64,000 bases of DNA from Eukaryota sp. TZLM1-RC (GCA_040285825.1 JAUPSS010000001.1:3968001-4032000), one strand, 5' to 3'; shown: positions 26,101 to 39,219, counted from the first letter of the stretch. The notes: generated by a model not told the origin, from the letters alone. A program made the numbers and translations.

Positions 26101-29100
26101 GCCTGAAGAAGCGTTGGTTGAGGTTGCCAATAAGTTTGTATCTTCATTTGAAATTGACACACCTCAAGAGGTTCAAGATTCCCTGGTTAAGTTTATGGCT
26201 TCTCTCCACACTAATGTTGGTGATGTCTGTGAACAATACTTTTCTAGGTTTAGAAGAAGAGTTTACATTACCCCAAAGTCTTATCTATCATTCATGCAAG
26301 CTTATAAGGAAGTGTATTTACGTCAACGGCAAGAAATTGGTGTTTTGGCTGAACGACTTAACTCTGGCTTAATGAAGCTACAACAAGCTTCTGAAGATGT
26401 TGCTAATATGAAGGTTGAACTGGCTGATAAAAAGGTAAAGTTGGCAGTCGCTGTAGATAAAGCAAAGCAAATTCTTGGTGAAATTACCACTCAAACCACA
26501 GCTGCCCAAAAGATTACTGCAGAAGTACAAGCTGTCAAGGATGATTTATCTACAAAGGCTGCTGGTATAGATGCTGAGAAAAAAGCTGCAGAAAAGGATC
26601 TTGCTGCTGCTAAACCTGCTTTGGAGGATGCTCAGAACGCTTTAGATCAGATTAATGCTGGGGATATAGCCACATTGAGAAAGTTGTTAAAACCACCAAA
26701 CCTCATCTGTAGAATCATGGATGGTGTATTGATACTTCGCCAATTACCATTAGACGAATGGAAGTTAGATGCGGATATGCTGGCTGACAAGGGTAAATCA
26801 TTACCTCAACCATCGTGGACCCATTCTCTTTCAATGATGGCTAACACTTCGTTCCTGTCTTCGCTTAAGAATTTCCCTAAAGAGTGCATTACTGATGAGA
26901 TTTGTGAGCTGTTAGAGCCTTACTTTGAGATGGAAGATTTTACGAAGGAAGCAGCAGCCTCTGTCTCTGGTAATATTGCTGGTCTTTGTTCATGGATTCG
27001 TGCAATGACTGTGTATCATTCAGTTGCCAAGTTCGTTGCCCCCAAGATTGAAGCTGTTCAACGCGCAGAAAAAGAATTAGAGTCGGCAAATGCGGAACTA
27101 CAGATTGCAGAGAATGAGTTAGCTGAAAAACAAAAAGTATTAGACGAAATGCAAGCCAAGTACGATGATGCTGTTGCTCAGAAGAGAGCAGTTCAAGAAG
27201 ATGCCGAACTCACTGAAAGAAGAATGGATTCTGCTAACAAACTGATCTCTGGTCTCTCTGGTGAACGTGAACGCTGGACGATACAATCTGCTGAGTTTAA
27301 GAAAGTTATTGCTCAATTAGTAGGTGATGTTGCTGTTTCCACTGCTTTCTTGTCTTATGCTGGTCCATTCAATTCTGAATTTAGGGCATTGTTACTTGAA
27401 GAATACTGGTGTAAAGATCTGGTTCGAAGGAATATTCCATTTTCAGATAACCTTTCCGTCACAAAAATCCTTGCTGACGATGCTACCATTGGTGAATGGA
27501 ACCTTCAAGGCCTTCCCACAGATGATTTGTCAACTCAAAATGGTATCATTGTCACTTCTGCTTCACGTTTCCCTCTCCTTATTGATCCACAGGGTCAAGC
27601 CAAAGCATGGTTGAAAAATCGCGAAGGACCCAATGGGTTGAAAATTTGCAGACTTGGTGATAAATATTTCAGACAAAACTTAGAAGATTGCCTGCAGTTT
27701 GGAGCACCTTTACTAATAGAAGATGTGGATGAAGAACTTGATCCCGCATTGGATCCCATTCTAGATAAGCAATGGATTAAGGTGGGTTCAAGGTTCAAGG
27801 TTAAGCTGGGTGATAAGGAAGTCGATCTAGCTGATGGTTTTAGGCTATATATCACGACTAAGCTTGCTAACCCGCTCTTCTCGCCTGAAACTTCCGCCAA
27901 AACTTCTATTGTAGATTTCACTGTTACTTTGAGGGGCCTGGAAGCTCAACTTTTGGGACGAGTTATTGAAACTGAGAAGAGTGAACTTGAACGATCAAGA
28001 CAGCGTTTGTTGGAAGAAGTTAATTCTAATAAAAAATTAATGCAACAATTAGAGAAGAATCTAATTGAGAAGCTTGCCTCTGCTGGTGGTAATCTTTTGG
28101 ATGACATCTCTTTAATAGACATGCTCAACAAAACTAAATCCACCTCTGAAGAAGTATCCCAAGCCTTAAAGAATGCAGTCGTCACTGAACAACGAATCAA
28201 CGAAGCTCGAGAAGAATATCGTCCTGTAGCTACCCGTGGATCGGTGCTCTACTTTTTGGTAGCTGAAATGTCACTTGTTTCAAACATGTATCAATGCTCG
28301 TTGAATCAGTTCCTTCAGCAGTTCGATTTGGGTATAGGAAGATCAGAAGATTCTCAGGTTACTTCGAAAAGAGTTTCTAATATTGTCACTTGTTTGACAG
28401 AAGTTGTTTTCAACTATGTCGCCAGATACCTCTTTGGTGATCATAAACTTTTATTCGTGTTATTATTAGCCCTAAAGGTTGATTTGGAAGCTGGTAACAT
28501 TTCTTCCATTGAATTTGGTGCTCTAATTAAGGGAGGAGCAGCTCTAGACATCAAACAAGTTCGTGCCAAGCCCGTCGAATGGCTACCTGACGCTGCTTGG
28601 TTGAACATTATTTCTAGTTCTCATGCTTCTTCTGCTCTGTCGTCACTTCCCGATTCCTTTGCCAATAGCCCTGAAATTTGGAATACTTGGTTCGAACATG
28701 AGTCTCCGGAAACTCTGACACTTCCAGAACCTTTTGCAAGTGCCAATCTCTGTGTTTAACAAACTTCTATTGGTGAGATCACTACGAGAAGATCGAGCTA
28801 TGTTAGTGGCTCAGGATTATATCAAGAACGTTTTGGGACCAAGGTTTGTGGAGTCTGCGTCATCTACCATTGAAAGTACGTTTGCTGAATCAACCTGTTC
28901 TACCCCTTTGATTTACCTGCTCTCACTTGGAGCCGACCCTTCGAGCGACATTGATTCCTTTGCCAAGAAGGAAAAGACTGTTCTTCACCAGGTTTCAATG
29001 GGACAAGGTCAAGATGAACCTGCGAGGAAGTACATTGCACAAGCAAAGAAGAATGGTGAATGGGTGTTGCTCCAGAATTGTCACTTGTCTCTTGAATTTA

Positions 29101-30665
29101 TGTCTGAAATTGAAGTTGCCTTCTCCACCCCTGACGACAGTGTTCACTCAGATTTCAGGTTGTGGATAACCACCGAACCACACTTGAAATTCCCCATAGG
29201 ACTGCTCCAACTAGCAATTAAAGTTGCTGCTGAAGCTCCTCAAGGAATGAAAGCTGGCCTTAAAAGAACTTATAATTGGGTTAATCAAGACCTACTTGAT
29301 CAAGTCGATAAACCTGAATGGAAACCTCTACTATATGCCCTCACATTTTTGCATTCAATTGAACAAGAACGAAGAAGATTTGGAACTTTGGGTTGGATTG
29401 TACCTTATGAATTCAACATGTCTGATTTGACAGCTTCGATAACTTTTCTACAAAACTTATTGTACCAAACTGATGCTGAAAGGGGTATTTCATGGTCCAC
29501 TATGCGGTATATGATCTGTGAGGTTCATTATGGCGGTCGTATCACGTGTGATTATGACCGTGTCCTTCAAAATGCACTGGGAAACTTCTATCTTAATGAC
29601 AAAGTTTTGAGTCCCGACTATACCTTCCACGAAGGTTACCCACTTCCCTTGCAAGAACTCAACTCAATTACCACCATTAGAGATTTTATCGATTCGCTTC
29701 CTGTCAATGATTTACCTACCGTTCTTGGACTTCACTTAAATGCTGACATTACTTTCAGAACCAACCAATGCAATACCATTCTTGACACAATTTTAGCTGT
29801 TCAGCCAAAGGATTCTGCTGCTGGAGGTGAACTCACAAGAGAAGAAATTGCAGATAAAATGTCGCACGATATGCTTCGGAACCTACCAGATGATTTTGTC
29901 TCACATGAAGTAGAGGGACAATTGCAACGCTTGGGTAGAATGAAACCTCTAACAATCTTTTTGAGACAGGAAGTTGAACGTCTTCAACGGGTTATATCCA
30001 AGGTTCGTAAAGAACTTGGCGAATTGTTGCTCGCCATTACTGGTACGATTGTAATGTCGCAATCCCTACAGGACATTCTGACTGCTATTACTGATGGTAA
30101 AGTACCTCCTGAATGGACGAAGATTTCGTGGAACTCACCTACTTTGGGCTTTTGGTTAACTGACTTAGACTCGAGACATCGGCAATTGTTTTCATGGTTG
30201 ACAGAAGGTCGACCTCTGAGTTTCTGGCTCGGTGGATTCTTTAATCCTCAAGGGTTTTTGACATCTACAAAGCAAGAAATCGCACGTGCTCATCAGGGTT
30301 GGGCTCTGGATACTTTACATATTCAGACCACAGTTAAAAACTTGGTACCCAGTGACCTCAAGCAAGAACATAAACTTAATCCTGGTGAGGGGGTCTACAT
30401 TCATGGTTTAACCTTGGAAGGAGCCAGATGGGACCGTGATTTAGGAAAATTAGCTGAACAAAAACTTAAAGAGTTAACATGTCCTTTGCCTGTTCTGTAT
30501 GTAACTGCAAGTGATACTCCTCTTGGCGGACAACCTACTTACACTTGTCCTGTTTTCTTTGGTAGAAATAGGCAAGATCATGTTTTTGATGTAGAATTGC
30601 CCACATCTAAGAATCCTAATCATTGGACTATTAGAGGAACTGCATTGCTCTGCTCTGACTGTTAG
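17162..30665 (+). CDS. DNAH5: axonemal outer-arm dynein heavy chain (gamma / DNAH5-DNAH8 type); +1 frameshift at ~28745
   Basis: Tail PPVAGAINWARQLLRRIQEPM; P-loops [33 protein letters not shown]; C-terminal HWTIRGTALLC. ORFs 17162-28759 and 28734-30665 join if one A is removed from GCCAATC. Confidence 0.93.
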
Positions 30666-30774
30666 ACGTTCATTGCTCTTTGTAGATTTTGTATTGTACT
30701 TTAATAAAATTTTTATTTAATTGTTTTTATTTAATTGTTTTAAATAATATTGTATTTATTTTCTACGTAATTAC

Positions 30775-31510
30775 AAAACAAAACAAATTAAAACACATAA
30801 GCAACAAAACTGTCCACAACTCTTTATGAATTCTTATACAGCTTGGACATCATTAAACTCAAGTACTTGGGAACACTTCTATACAAAGCAAAAATGACAC
30901 GATTCTTCCATAAATACCCTGCAAAATTCTTACCACTTGAACGACAAAGATTATCAAAATCATTGAGAAAATTCAAACCAGACTGACCAATGTTACCAAA
31001 AATAGGGAAGGAAAAAGGAACAAAAGAAAACTTCGAGTAAAAGTTCCTATTTAAATCATTCAATAACTCAGCATATTTGTCTCGTTTACGAACCTCAGCC
31101 TTGTTCAAGTGGCCATTAGAACTAACTAAAACATCATCACGATAAATTGAAGCAAAGGGATCGACAGTTGTATAATCAACAACAGCTTGAGAGGAATCCA
31201 CAAAAGGAGCAATTAAATCACTATGACGAGAATCAAACAGAATATTATCCCGATAATGCCTCAACAAAGGTTCTACTTTGCAACTAAAATTGTAACTCTT
31301 GAACATCTCATATGTCAAATCACGAACGGCATTATGAAGAACTGACCTATATTGGAGAAATTTCTTACAACTCACAATATGACGGAAATTGGCTGACAGT
31401 TTTTCGTTGCAAATACAAGCAGAATTATCCAAAAGTCTATTTGGATACAGCCTTGATCTCAAACGAGTGTTTTGTTTCCAAGCTTCATTTGTTAATTTAG
31501 TTGTTTTCAT
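30775..31510 (-). mobile_element. non-LTR retrotransposon relic (Zn knuckle + RLE; CRE-like family A)
   Basis: CICNEKLSANFRHIVSC, HNAVRD, KVEP, RHSDLI, VVDYTTVD, KAEVRKRDKY, FVPFSF. Homologous to 6900-7345. Confidence 0.8.
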
Positions 31511-32133
31511 TTAATTGTTTTGAATTAATGTTATTTTCATTTTGGTTATGTTGAAAACACGGCTCCAGATTTTTTCTAATGACCTGCAGGAATTCCTTGC
31601 ATTCCTTACTGTATTTGAGTACAAAGTTGCACTTATGAACTACCACAATATTCCATCAACGAACTTGGTCACGCTCAAAATCACATTAAAGCTCCCTCTG
31701 TTAAACCACCAAAAACAGATGAAATCATTAGCGTTGAAGCCGCTAAAACCACTTTAATGGAGTGGCGTTAAATTTCGAAGGAAATCCAATATATCTTTTG
31801 TTTACACTGAAATAGTGGATTAATCCAATTGAAGTCCTACTGATATCTTCATGTATTTTTGGTATTCAACGCAGATTACATAGTTCCAAATCTGAAATAT
31901 TTGAGGAATGGCTTTATTACTCAACTCCAATTCCTAAGAATGAATTTGGTAATTCTTGTAATTCCGTGGTGGTGAGTTAAACTATATTTTAATGAAAATT
32001 CGATTTTGTTGAAATGAGGGAAACATTTGAATTCCATAAGAAATGCAATCTGTTTTTCTATTGTATCTCAAATTGATACAGTTGGTAGATGATGTAACTG
32101 ATATACTGACAATATTTATCTAGAACAGATTAT

Positions 32134-32843
32134 TCACATGTACCAGTGGCAGGTGGGAGCATGTGCTGTGTTACCAATAGCTCGAATACCCTCCTCACCA
32201 TTGTAGTTTGCCGAACAACGCCAACAGAATTCATACCTGTGATTACAAAAGGACAATAAACATACTGACACACACTACATGTCATATGATCACATCCATC
32301 TATTTTTTCAATCCCATGGTTACATGAAGGACACGGCTTGGTGTTTTGGTTAATGTAGTTTCGATTTGCATTCTCCTCAGATTCATACACACTAATTTGG
32401 TAGTCTCTACAAGTTTTACCCTCATGCCAGAGAACCCTGTCAATGTAACAAGTCTTGGCAGCACATGCCATACAGTGAATGATGGGATTTTCTTCTCCTG
32501 ATTCTATTATTGCCCCCCATCCACAGCTACTGGCAGCGCACCATCTGAATTCGGGCATAGATTCAACAAGACGTTTAAAAAGCAGGTTGTCATACCTTTC
32601 AAAGTCATTGGCTGATGCAAAGATTTTCAGGGTGTCAAAGGTCATTGTAGCTTTACAAGAGCTGTGTAAGCAAGGAACATCACGAAAACCATTCTTTTGA
32701 ATCAGCTCTTCTTTCACGTGTTTTCTTATACAATTGTCACAACATGTTCGTTCATGATCGCAGGCAGGAGACATCTTGATAGACCAATCTTCCTCAGATG
32801 GTTTATCATCGATGCATATTGCACATGTTATTGAAGCTGCCAT
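32134..32843 (-). CDS. RBR (RING-IBR-RING) E3 ubiquitin ligase, copy 1; intron 32237-32265
   Basis: RING1 CAIC..CDH..CC; IBR FRWCAASSC..C..C..WHEGKTC; RING2 KPCPSC..IEKIDGCDHMTC..C then (spliced) YEFCWRC. Confidence 0.9.
32237..32265 (-). other. spliceosomal intron, 29 nt
   Basis: GTATGT...GTAATCACAG; restores CQYEFCW. Confidence 0.9.
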
Positions 32844-32888
32844 GGTGAAAGTTGATTTTGATGATCAAATTTTATCAAATTATATACC

Positions 32889-33150
32889 ATGTGCAAAAGT
32901 TTCATTATAGAGGCATTTATTGAGCCATTAGTACGTAAGCTGTCTTCAGATCAAACTGATGATTGCTTTGGTAAAAGAAGGGCAGATTTAGTAGCTCCAG
33001 GGATCGATGGTGTTTTCAATGTTGTGGATGTTGTCTCAGTTGATGTTTGCAAAAATTCTGCTGCTCGTTTAGTGTATTCCGCTGATTGGCCGTTATCTAA
33101 CGCCGAAAAACAGAAGATAAAAAAATATGAAGAACCTTTGATAAAACACC
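32889..33150 (+). mobile_element. RLE endonuclease fragment of a non-LTR retrotransposon (family B)
   Basis: FIEP...RRADLVAP...VVDVVSVD...AEKQKIKKY. Confidence 0.7.
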
Positions 33151-33570
33151 TTTTACCTGTTCTCAATGAGCGGACAGTTCTTTTGATAAATTAAATATCC
33201 ACACTAATGGACCTCTGAACGCTGATAACGAAGGAATTAAATACCTCTTAGTATTTGTAGGTTCTTTTACTTTTTTTGCACTGTATTTGTAGATTCTTTT
33301 ACTATCCAATTTTAGTCGCTCTGAAGGAACTCAATGCTTTAGAAATCACAGATGTTTTGATTTGGAGCATTGGCGTTATCTTTGGCATACCTATGCTAAT
33401 TCAGTGATAATGGTCCTGAGTTCGCCAATGAGAGTTTCAAATTGGTGTGTAATAAATTAGCGATTGAGATGAGTAACTCAATACCCAACTATTCATAAAG
33501 TAATCGACTTGTGGAACGTACACATACAGACGTTCTTCAATGCTTAAGAAAACTACTAATAGACTTCAAG
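33151..33570 (+). mobile_element. degenerate gypsy integrase core relic
   Basis: ADSSFDKLNIHTNGPLNADNEGIKYLLVFVGSFT...IFGIP..SDNGPEF...LVERTHTDVLQCLRKLLIDF; aligns by eye to integrase at ~59150-59535. Confidence 0.8.
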
Positions 33571-33799
33571 AGAGTTAGCTTACATTTAAAGACATTATTT
33601 TCTTTCAAATATACTCTTACTTCGATGTTGAAATTAAAAAACCTTGAGAATTTTTTCAAGGCACATTTAGTGACCTCTCATAAAGTCATAGATGAACTGT
33701 TTTCTTTGAAAGGAATCTTAAGTACATCCTTGTATTCATGGTTCATTTAGACTAATAATTTCTTCTAAAATATACCAAACACGTCTTCTGGATGTTGAT

Positions 33800-34030
33800 T
33801 TAGGTGACAGTTTTGAATCAATTGCCATTGTTGCAGCTGCAATAAGACAGATAATACAACTGAAATGTTGACAAATAGTGTAAATAGAAGACCATGGAAA
33901 AGACAAACAGCGACTTTTACACACAGGCTTACCATGTGTCCATTTCACTAAAGCTTGTGGTATTGATTGTATCCAATACAGATTCAAATGCTTAGATAGT
34001 GATGGAAGAACTGAATGATGATAATAAATT
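33800..34030 (-). mobile_element. possible gypsy RT-connection/RNase H relic
   Basis: VLPSLSKH...LVKWTHGKP resembles WLPQVTKH..IIKLTHGKP at 58070-58130. Confidence 0.4.
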
Positions 34031-34078
34031 ATTGAAATCCAATATAGAAAAATTCTCATTTGCAGAAGCCACACTTGA

Positions 34079-35200
34079 ATGGACCCGGTTTCCCAGTTCC
34101 TATCCATCTTTCCCGATGCTTCACCAGAAACTGCTAAACAGTTTCTAGACATAGCAAATGGTGATATAGAGCAAGCCATCGTTTTCTACACAGACAGTGC
34201 TCCTCCTGAAGCATTTCCAACATCTTCACAGCCTCCCTCTCGTCCCCCTCAACCCTCACCGCCATCACGTTCTCCTCAAGCCGCTCCCCCACAACGCAGA
34301 GTGGCCACACTCTCAGATTTCAGTGGTTGTGGCCCTCAATCATGTGAATCCTGTCCCAGTTCATGTAAGGATGAGCGTGAGGTCGAGTACTTTGCAGGCC
34401 ATGGTGAAGGTGGATCAGGCGAATCCCTACTCCCTCCCCGGTCTCACAAAGACAAGGTTGACAACATAATTGCGCAGGCAAAACAGGGAGGGCCACCACC
34501 TGAACCAACAGAGCCTGCGCCCTCTTTCTTCCAAGGTGCCGGCTATAGACTTGGTGAAACAAACTTTATGCGCCGGGAAGAGTTCCAGCAACCTCCAGCT
34601 ACGCTCAATGAAGGTCCAATCACCGTCAATGTCACTATTTACTCCAATGGTCTCCTAGTGGATGACGAAACATTCTTCTCCTTTAATGATCCTTCTAATG
34701 AAGGTATGCTTGATGCGATGATGCGACAGGAGATTCCACCACAGTTGCAGGATTTGATAAAGCAAAAAAACCGCGGTGGACCTTTTAGAGCAAGAGAGAT
34801 TTCCGTCCAATTAAGTGACAAGAAATCTGAGGAATACCAACCACCAAAACCAAAGTTTGAAGCGTTCAAGGGTCATGGTATGCGGCTTGGTGCTACACCA
34901 TCTAGACCTTCCCCTCAAGTTTCTCAGGCCTCTGTACAGAAAGCTCCCTCTAAACCTGCTGTCCCAGCTCCAAGTAATGGTGACAGGTGCAGAGTCAAGG
35001 TGCGATTGGCTAGAGGAGGGGTTGAAGTTTTCGAGGTGAGTAAGGAAGGGAAAGTTGCTGATTTGTGGAAGTTGGTAGCTTCACAAACTGGAAGTAGCAG
35101 ATTTGAGCTCTATCCTCCAGTCCCAGGATCTAAGGCATTAGATAAAAACCTTTCTATTAGATCTGCTGGTCTTGTAAATGGTGTAGCTATACAGAAGTAG
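34079..35200 (+). CDS. NSFL1C: p97/Cdc48 cofactor p47 (Shp1/NSFL1C family): UBA-like, SEP, SHP box, UBX
   Basis: N-terminal AKQFLDIANGDIEQAIVFY; FQGAGYRLG; SEP domain IYSNGLLVDD; AFKGHGMRLG; C-terminal UBX. Confidence 0.88.
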   Translation: MDPVSQFLSIFPDASPETAKQFLDIANGDIEQAIVFYTDSAPPEAFPTSSQPPSRPPQPSPPSRSPQAAPPQRRVATLSDFSGCGPQSCESCPSSCKDEREVEYFAGHGEGGSGESLLPPRSHKDKVDNIIAQAKQGGPPPEPTEPAPSFFQGAGYRLGETNFMRREEFQQPPATLNEGPITVNVTIYSNGLLVDDETFFSFNDPSNEGMLDAMMRQEIPPQLQDLIKQKNRGGPFRAREISVQLSDKKSEEYQPPKPKFEAFKGHGMRLGATPSRPSPQVSQASVQKAPSKPAVPAPSNGDRCRVKVRLARGGVEVFEVSKEGKVADLWKLVASQTGSSRFELYPPVPGSKALDKNLSIRSAGLVNGVAIQK

Positions 35201-35280
35201 CTAATAAAGTTGTAAGTTTGTGCGGAAATTGTATTTTAATTCCAAGTATTATTGTAAATATTGTAGTAGCACATATTGAT

Positions 35281-35313
35281 TGACTTTTCTTGACTTTTCT
35301 TGACTTTTCTTGA
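35281..35313 (+). repeat. tandem repeat (TGACTTTTCT)x3
   Basis: Seen directly. Confidence 0.9.
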
Positions 35314-35831
35314 ATTGAGTTCACAAACTCCAAATTTCTATCATTTTCTGTCCCAAAATCGTGAATTATAAAATAAATAATCTGTTTATTTTATATAGAT
35401 ATATTGTCAAAGACTGGGCAGATGCTAAATACTGATGACCGCAAAAGAACTTACATTTTGAGCTTAAAGGAGCTTGATTTTTACTCTACTGGACTATAGA
35501 GAAAAGACTGTTGCAAGTATTTCACTTTAGTATCTGGGTATTATTTAAAATGTACGGTTTTCCTAAAAACTGATTCAACTTTTGCTAACCTTGTTCAATC
35601 TGGTAAAATCTGTTTTAAATTCAATTTGATTTATTTATATTTATTATCACCATTAATTTAACAAGCTAGAAGATCAATGTTAAACCAATCTAGCCAATTA
35701 GAGATTATTGACTTACCACCGCCAATGTTTTTCTGAATCTGACATGTTTTTTCTCAACTCTTGTAGAAATCAAATACAAAACCAGCTGCTGGAAAATTGT
35801 GTTAAATACAAAATAAATTAAAAAAATAATA

Positions 35832-36929
35832 TTAAACCAATTCAATAACAGAATCAGGATACAAAACTTCAAACATCGCTAGATAAGATCCCTCTTCTAC
35901 TTTCTTTACAAGCTCAATCCCTTTTCCTTCCACTCTCAGCTCTTTCTCCTTCAAATCCAACTCCAACGTCAGAACGTCACCCATGCCCCACACCCCACTT
36001 TGAGAAAACGGTCCAAACTTAAAACCACCTAGGCAGCAGTTGAACTTATACAAAGACGGATCGTGAGCAATTCCGACAGAGCCGAGTTCCGATACTAGAT
36101 TTTCTGGCATTATACCAACAATAACACCTGCATTTTGCCCATTAGGTGTGAAATAACGAACCTTCCAAGTGTATTTGTTGCCAGGGTCCATTCTCAAATT
36201 CCCCACGGTAAGGTACCACTGCTCATCCCGTCCTTTGTGAGTTACTTGGCGGTGATCAGGGGACAACACAAGTTCAGATGGAGTGTAATTGGAATCAAAT
36301 AAAAGACCAGAAGAAGGGGAAGAAATGGGTTTGAAAAGTTCAGTAAAGTTATTAGAAAACCTCGCAGACTCTTCTTCAAGATTGTCAAATAGAATGCGGT
36401 TCATCGGAATAATCTGATCATGAGTGTTTCCAAAAATAGACTCTGCTGAAGACACCGCCTCATTAGGATTGATTGGAGTAGCAGTGGAGAGTTGTGAAAG
36501 GACAGATTTATTGAGTGATTTGAGAGATTCAGATAACTGTCGTAATCGAACAGGGAGGTTGGCAGCAACTATTGCAACTTGGGTTTCAAACTTACGAGAA
36601 CAACTATGCTCGATCGATTCGAATATGGAGTTGATTTTGAAGATAATGTGTGATAGCGGAACCGTTGAATGTAGAGAGTGGTTGAGAGAGCATTGAGGAC
36701 ACAATGCTGTCACGCAATCAATGCAAAAGTTGTCCAACATCTGCGAAGGATGGTGAGGACACTCAGTTGGTTTGTGTGGTGGCTGCTGAGAGATTGGGGT
36801 GAGAGTATGATCACTGAGTGTTCGGTAGGAGTGGATAGCAGTGCAGCATTCATCACACAAAACGGAAGTACACTGTGTACAACTTGTTGTTGCAGTGCGA
36901 GACGAACATTCCAAACATTGGTCTTTCAT
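35832..36929 (-). CDS. tandem B-box + SPRY/B30.2-like protein (RING-less TRIM-like)
   Basis: CLEC..CTQC..LCDECC..H..H; CPHH..FCIDC..LCPQC..H..H; helical linker; SPRY-like LVLSPDHRQV..YTWKVRY..VIVGI..GDVLTLELDL. Confidence 0.8.
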   Translation of the reverse strand: MKDQCLECSSRTATTSCTQCTSVLCDECCTAIHSYRTLSDHTLTPISQQPPHKPTECPHHPSQMLDNFCIDCVTALCPQCSLNHSLHSTVPLSHIIFKINSIFESIEHSCSRKFETQVAIVAANLPVRLRQLSESLKSLNKSVLSQLSTATPINPNEAVSSAESIFGNTHDQIIPMNRILFDNLEEESARFSNNFTELFKPISSPSSGLLFDSNYTPSELVLSPDHRQVTHKGRDEQWYLTVGNLRMDPGNKYTWKVRYFTPNGQNAGVIVGIMPENLVSELGSVGIAHDPSLYKFNCCLGGFKFGPFSQSGVWGMGDVLTLELDLKEKELRVEGKGIELVKKVEEGSYLAMFEVLYPDSVIELV

Positions 36930-38215
36930 TGAAATTGAGGAAAGTCCCGATAAATCAACATCTTCAACTCCAATATCACTTTAAAGGCAGACACAACAAT
37001 TCGATTCTGCCAAAATAACTTACTGAAGCTTCTATTGATCCCTTATTCAACAATCTGTTCAAATATCAAAAAAAACGTTAGACAGTAGGTCAAAGTCCAA
37101 TATTTTTAACAGAACTAAAGTTCACAGTTGCTTCCTTTGGTAAAGAGTTGTTAGCATCATTTTCCATGGTTGTTGATTGGGTTCAATCTTTTTTCGGTTG
37201 TTCTATGGTGGCGCGACTACTGAAATGATTCCACAAAAAAGGCAGATATCTTGAATTAGTTGCGATATTTTATTTTTGCAATAGATAACTGAGTTCATAA
37301 CTGCAAACTTGGTTTGGTTTGTCTAAGTTATGATGTGAGTATATTGTTATTCAGAGCCACAATTTGTTGAAGAGCCCACTGATTCGTACTTGTTGTTCGA
37401 AATGTAATGATAAAGTTGGTCACCAAGGAATCTTCCTTAGTTTTCAATTGATTGTTTACTGCATTTGACAAAGTTGTTAAACGTATGGGAGAAATGTGTG
37501 GGGGAAGAATGGAAATTGACATAATCTCGATTGAACACACATATATTGAATAGAACAACAGGCCATGTTATGAGGATACCTTTTCTTATAACCTTTATTT
37601 ATTCATCGATCCTTTAATTGTAGTTAAAATATTAAGAATTAGTGCAAATACGAAATAGAATTGTTACCTCCCATCTATCAATTCATCTTTTTGGACTGTT
37701 TTAAGTGCATCAAGAAGATCAATTTTGTTGTCGTAGACAGTGTGAAGAAGGTTCAGGTGCCAAGATCCACGGAGAGAACTGGGGATTGTTGACAGAAGAA
37801 CAAAAACATTTAAGAAAACATCAACATCGACCGTCACAAAATGGTCGTATCATTTGATTGTTGTGTATCATTGAATCAATGAATCATTTCTCATTTAATG
37901 ACTGAAATTCTTCCTGATTACATAAATGCAAATGCCTTTGGAAAAAGAATTGTTGAATAATTGAATATAATTAAGCCTGAAAATGTTCAAGAAGTTGTAT
38001 TGTTTACCTTTAGAAAACAGAGACCTCTGTGAACATATTTTCAGTAATTTATTACAAGATTGTTTAGCTACAGTTGAAATAGCGTCTGCCTATCTATTAC
38101 CACTTTATTTGAATAATTGCAGCCGAGTGCAATGAAGAAACCCAGACACTGCTGTAAATACACAATCAAAAGGCAATCAGTTACAGTTGTCACTCATCTA
38201 ATAACAAAGCATAAT

Positions 38216-38976
38216 ATGTCCAGCACCAGAACTTCCCGCAAAAGAAGAAGCTCTCAGCGGCAAAATCACAGAGCTTTCACCACATGTGCAATCTGTATTG
38301 GTGTAAAACGTTCCGATGAAGATTGGTCTATTAAAATGACTCCTGCATGCGACCATGAACGAACATGCTGTGACAATTGCATCAGAAGACATGTAAGAGA
38401 AGAGCTGATTCAAAAGAATGCTTTTCGTGATGTCCCTTGCTTACACAGCTCTTGTAAAGCTACAATGACCTTTAACACCCTGAAAAACTTTGCATCAGCC
38501 ACAATCTTTGAAAGGTACGATAATATGTTGTTGAAACGCCTTGTTGAATCTATGCCTGAATTCAGATGGTGCGCTGCCAGTAGCTGTGGATGGGGGGCAA
38601 TAATAGAATCAGGAGAAGAAAATCCCATCATTCACTGTATGGCATGTGCTGCCAAGACTTGTTACATTGACAGGGTTCTCTGGCATGAGGGTAAAACTTG
38701 TAGAGACTACCAAATTAGTGTGTATGAATCTGAGGAGAATGCAAATCGAAACTACATTAACCAAAACACCAAGCCGTGTCCTTCATGTAACCATGGGATT
38801 GAAAAAATAGATGGATGTGATCATATGACATGCAGTGTGTGTCAGTATGTTTATTGCCCTTTTGTAATCACAGATATGAATTCTGTTGGCGTTGTTCGGC
38901 AAACTACAAAGGTGAGGAGGGTATTCGAGCTATTGGTAACACAGCACATGCTCGTAGTTGTCGTTACTATGCATAA
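38216..38976 (+). CDS. RBR E3 ligase, copy 2; intron 38845-38873
   Basis: Near-identical to copy 1 over IBR-RING2. Splicing gives CQYEFCWRC...CRYYA*. Confidence 0.88.
38845..38873 (+). other. spliceosomal intron, 29 nt
   Basis: GTATGT...GTAATCACAG. Confidence 0.9.
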
Positions 38977-39219
38977 CCGTTGCATACGTTCTAGGTCCGA
39001 AAAACTATGTAGAGTTCATTGTTATAAATCCACTACAAACATTGAAGTTACAAAATACTCTTGTCTTACAATTTAACGTTTTGATGGTTCTTTTGGTCAA
39101 CCTAAAGTTTGTAAAAATAAATTGTAAATAAAATTTTTGTGGCCAATAATTCAAAAAAAACAAACAGTTTACAGTGAAATTTTTAGATTTCCTGTAAGTC
39201 AAGTCTTTTAAAAACTTCA

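Noticed and set aside
17515-28200. Many short antisense or alternate-frame ORFs inside dynein and other long genes
   Set aside because: Shadow ORFs with no recognisable motifs.
28702-28727. GT...AG 26-mer as an intron explaining the dynein frameshift
   Set aside because: Wrong phase (3n+2), and it would delete conserved coding sequence.
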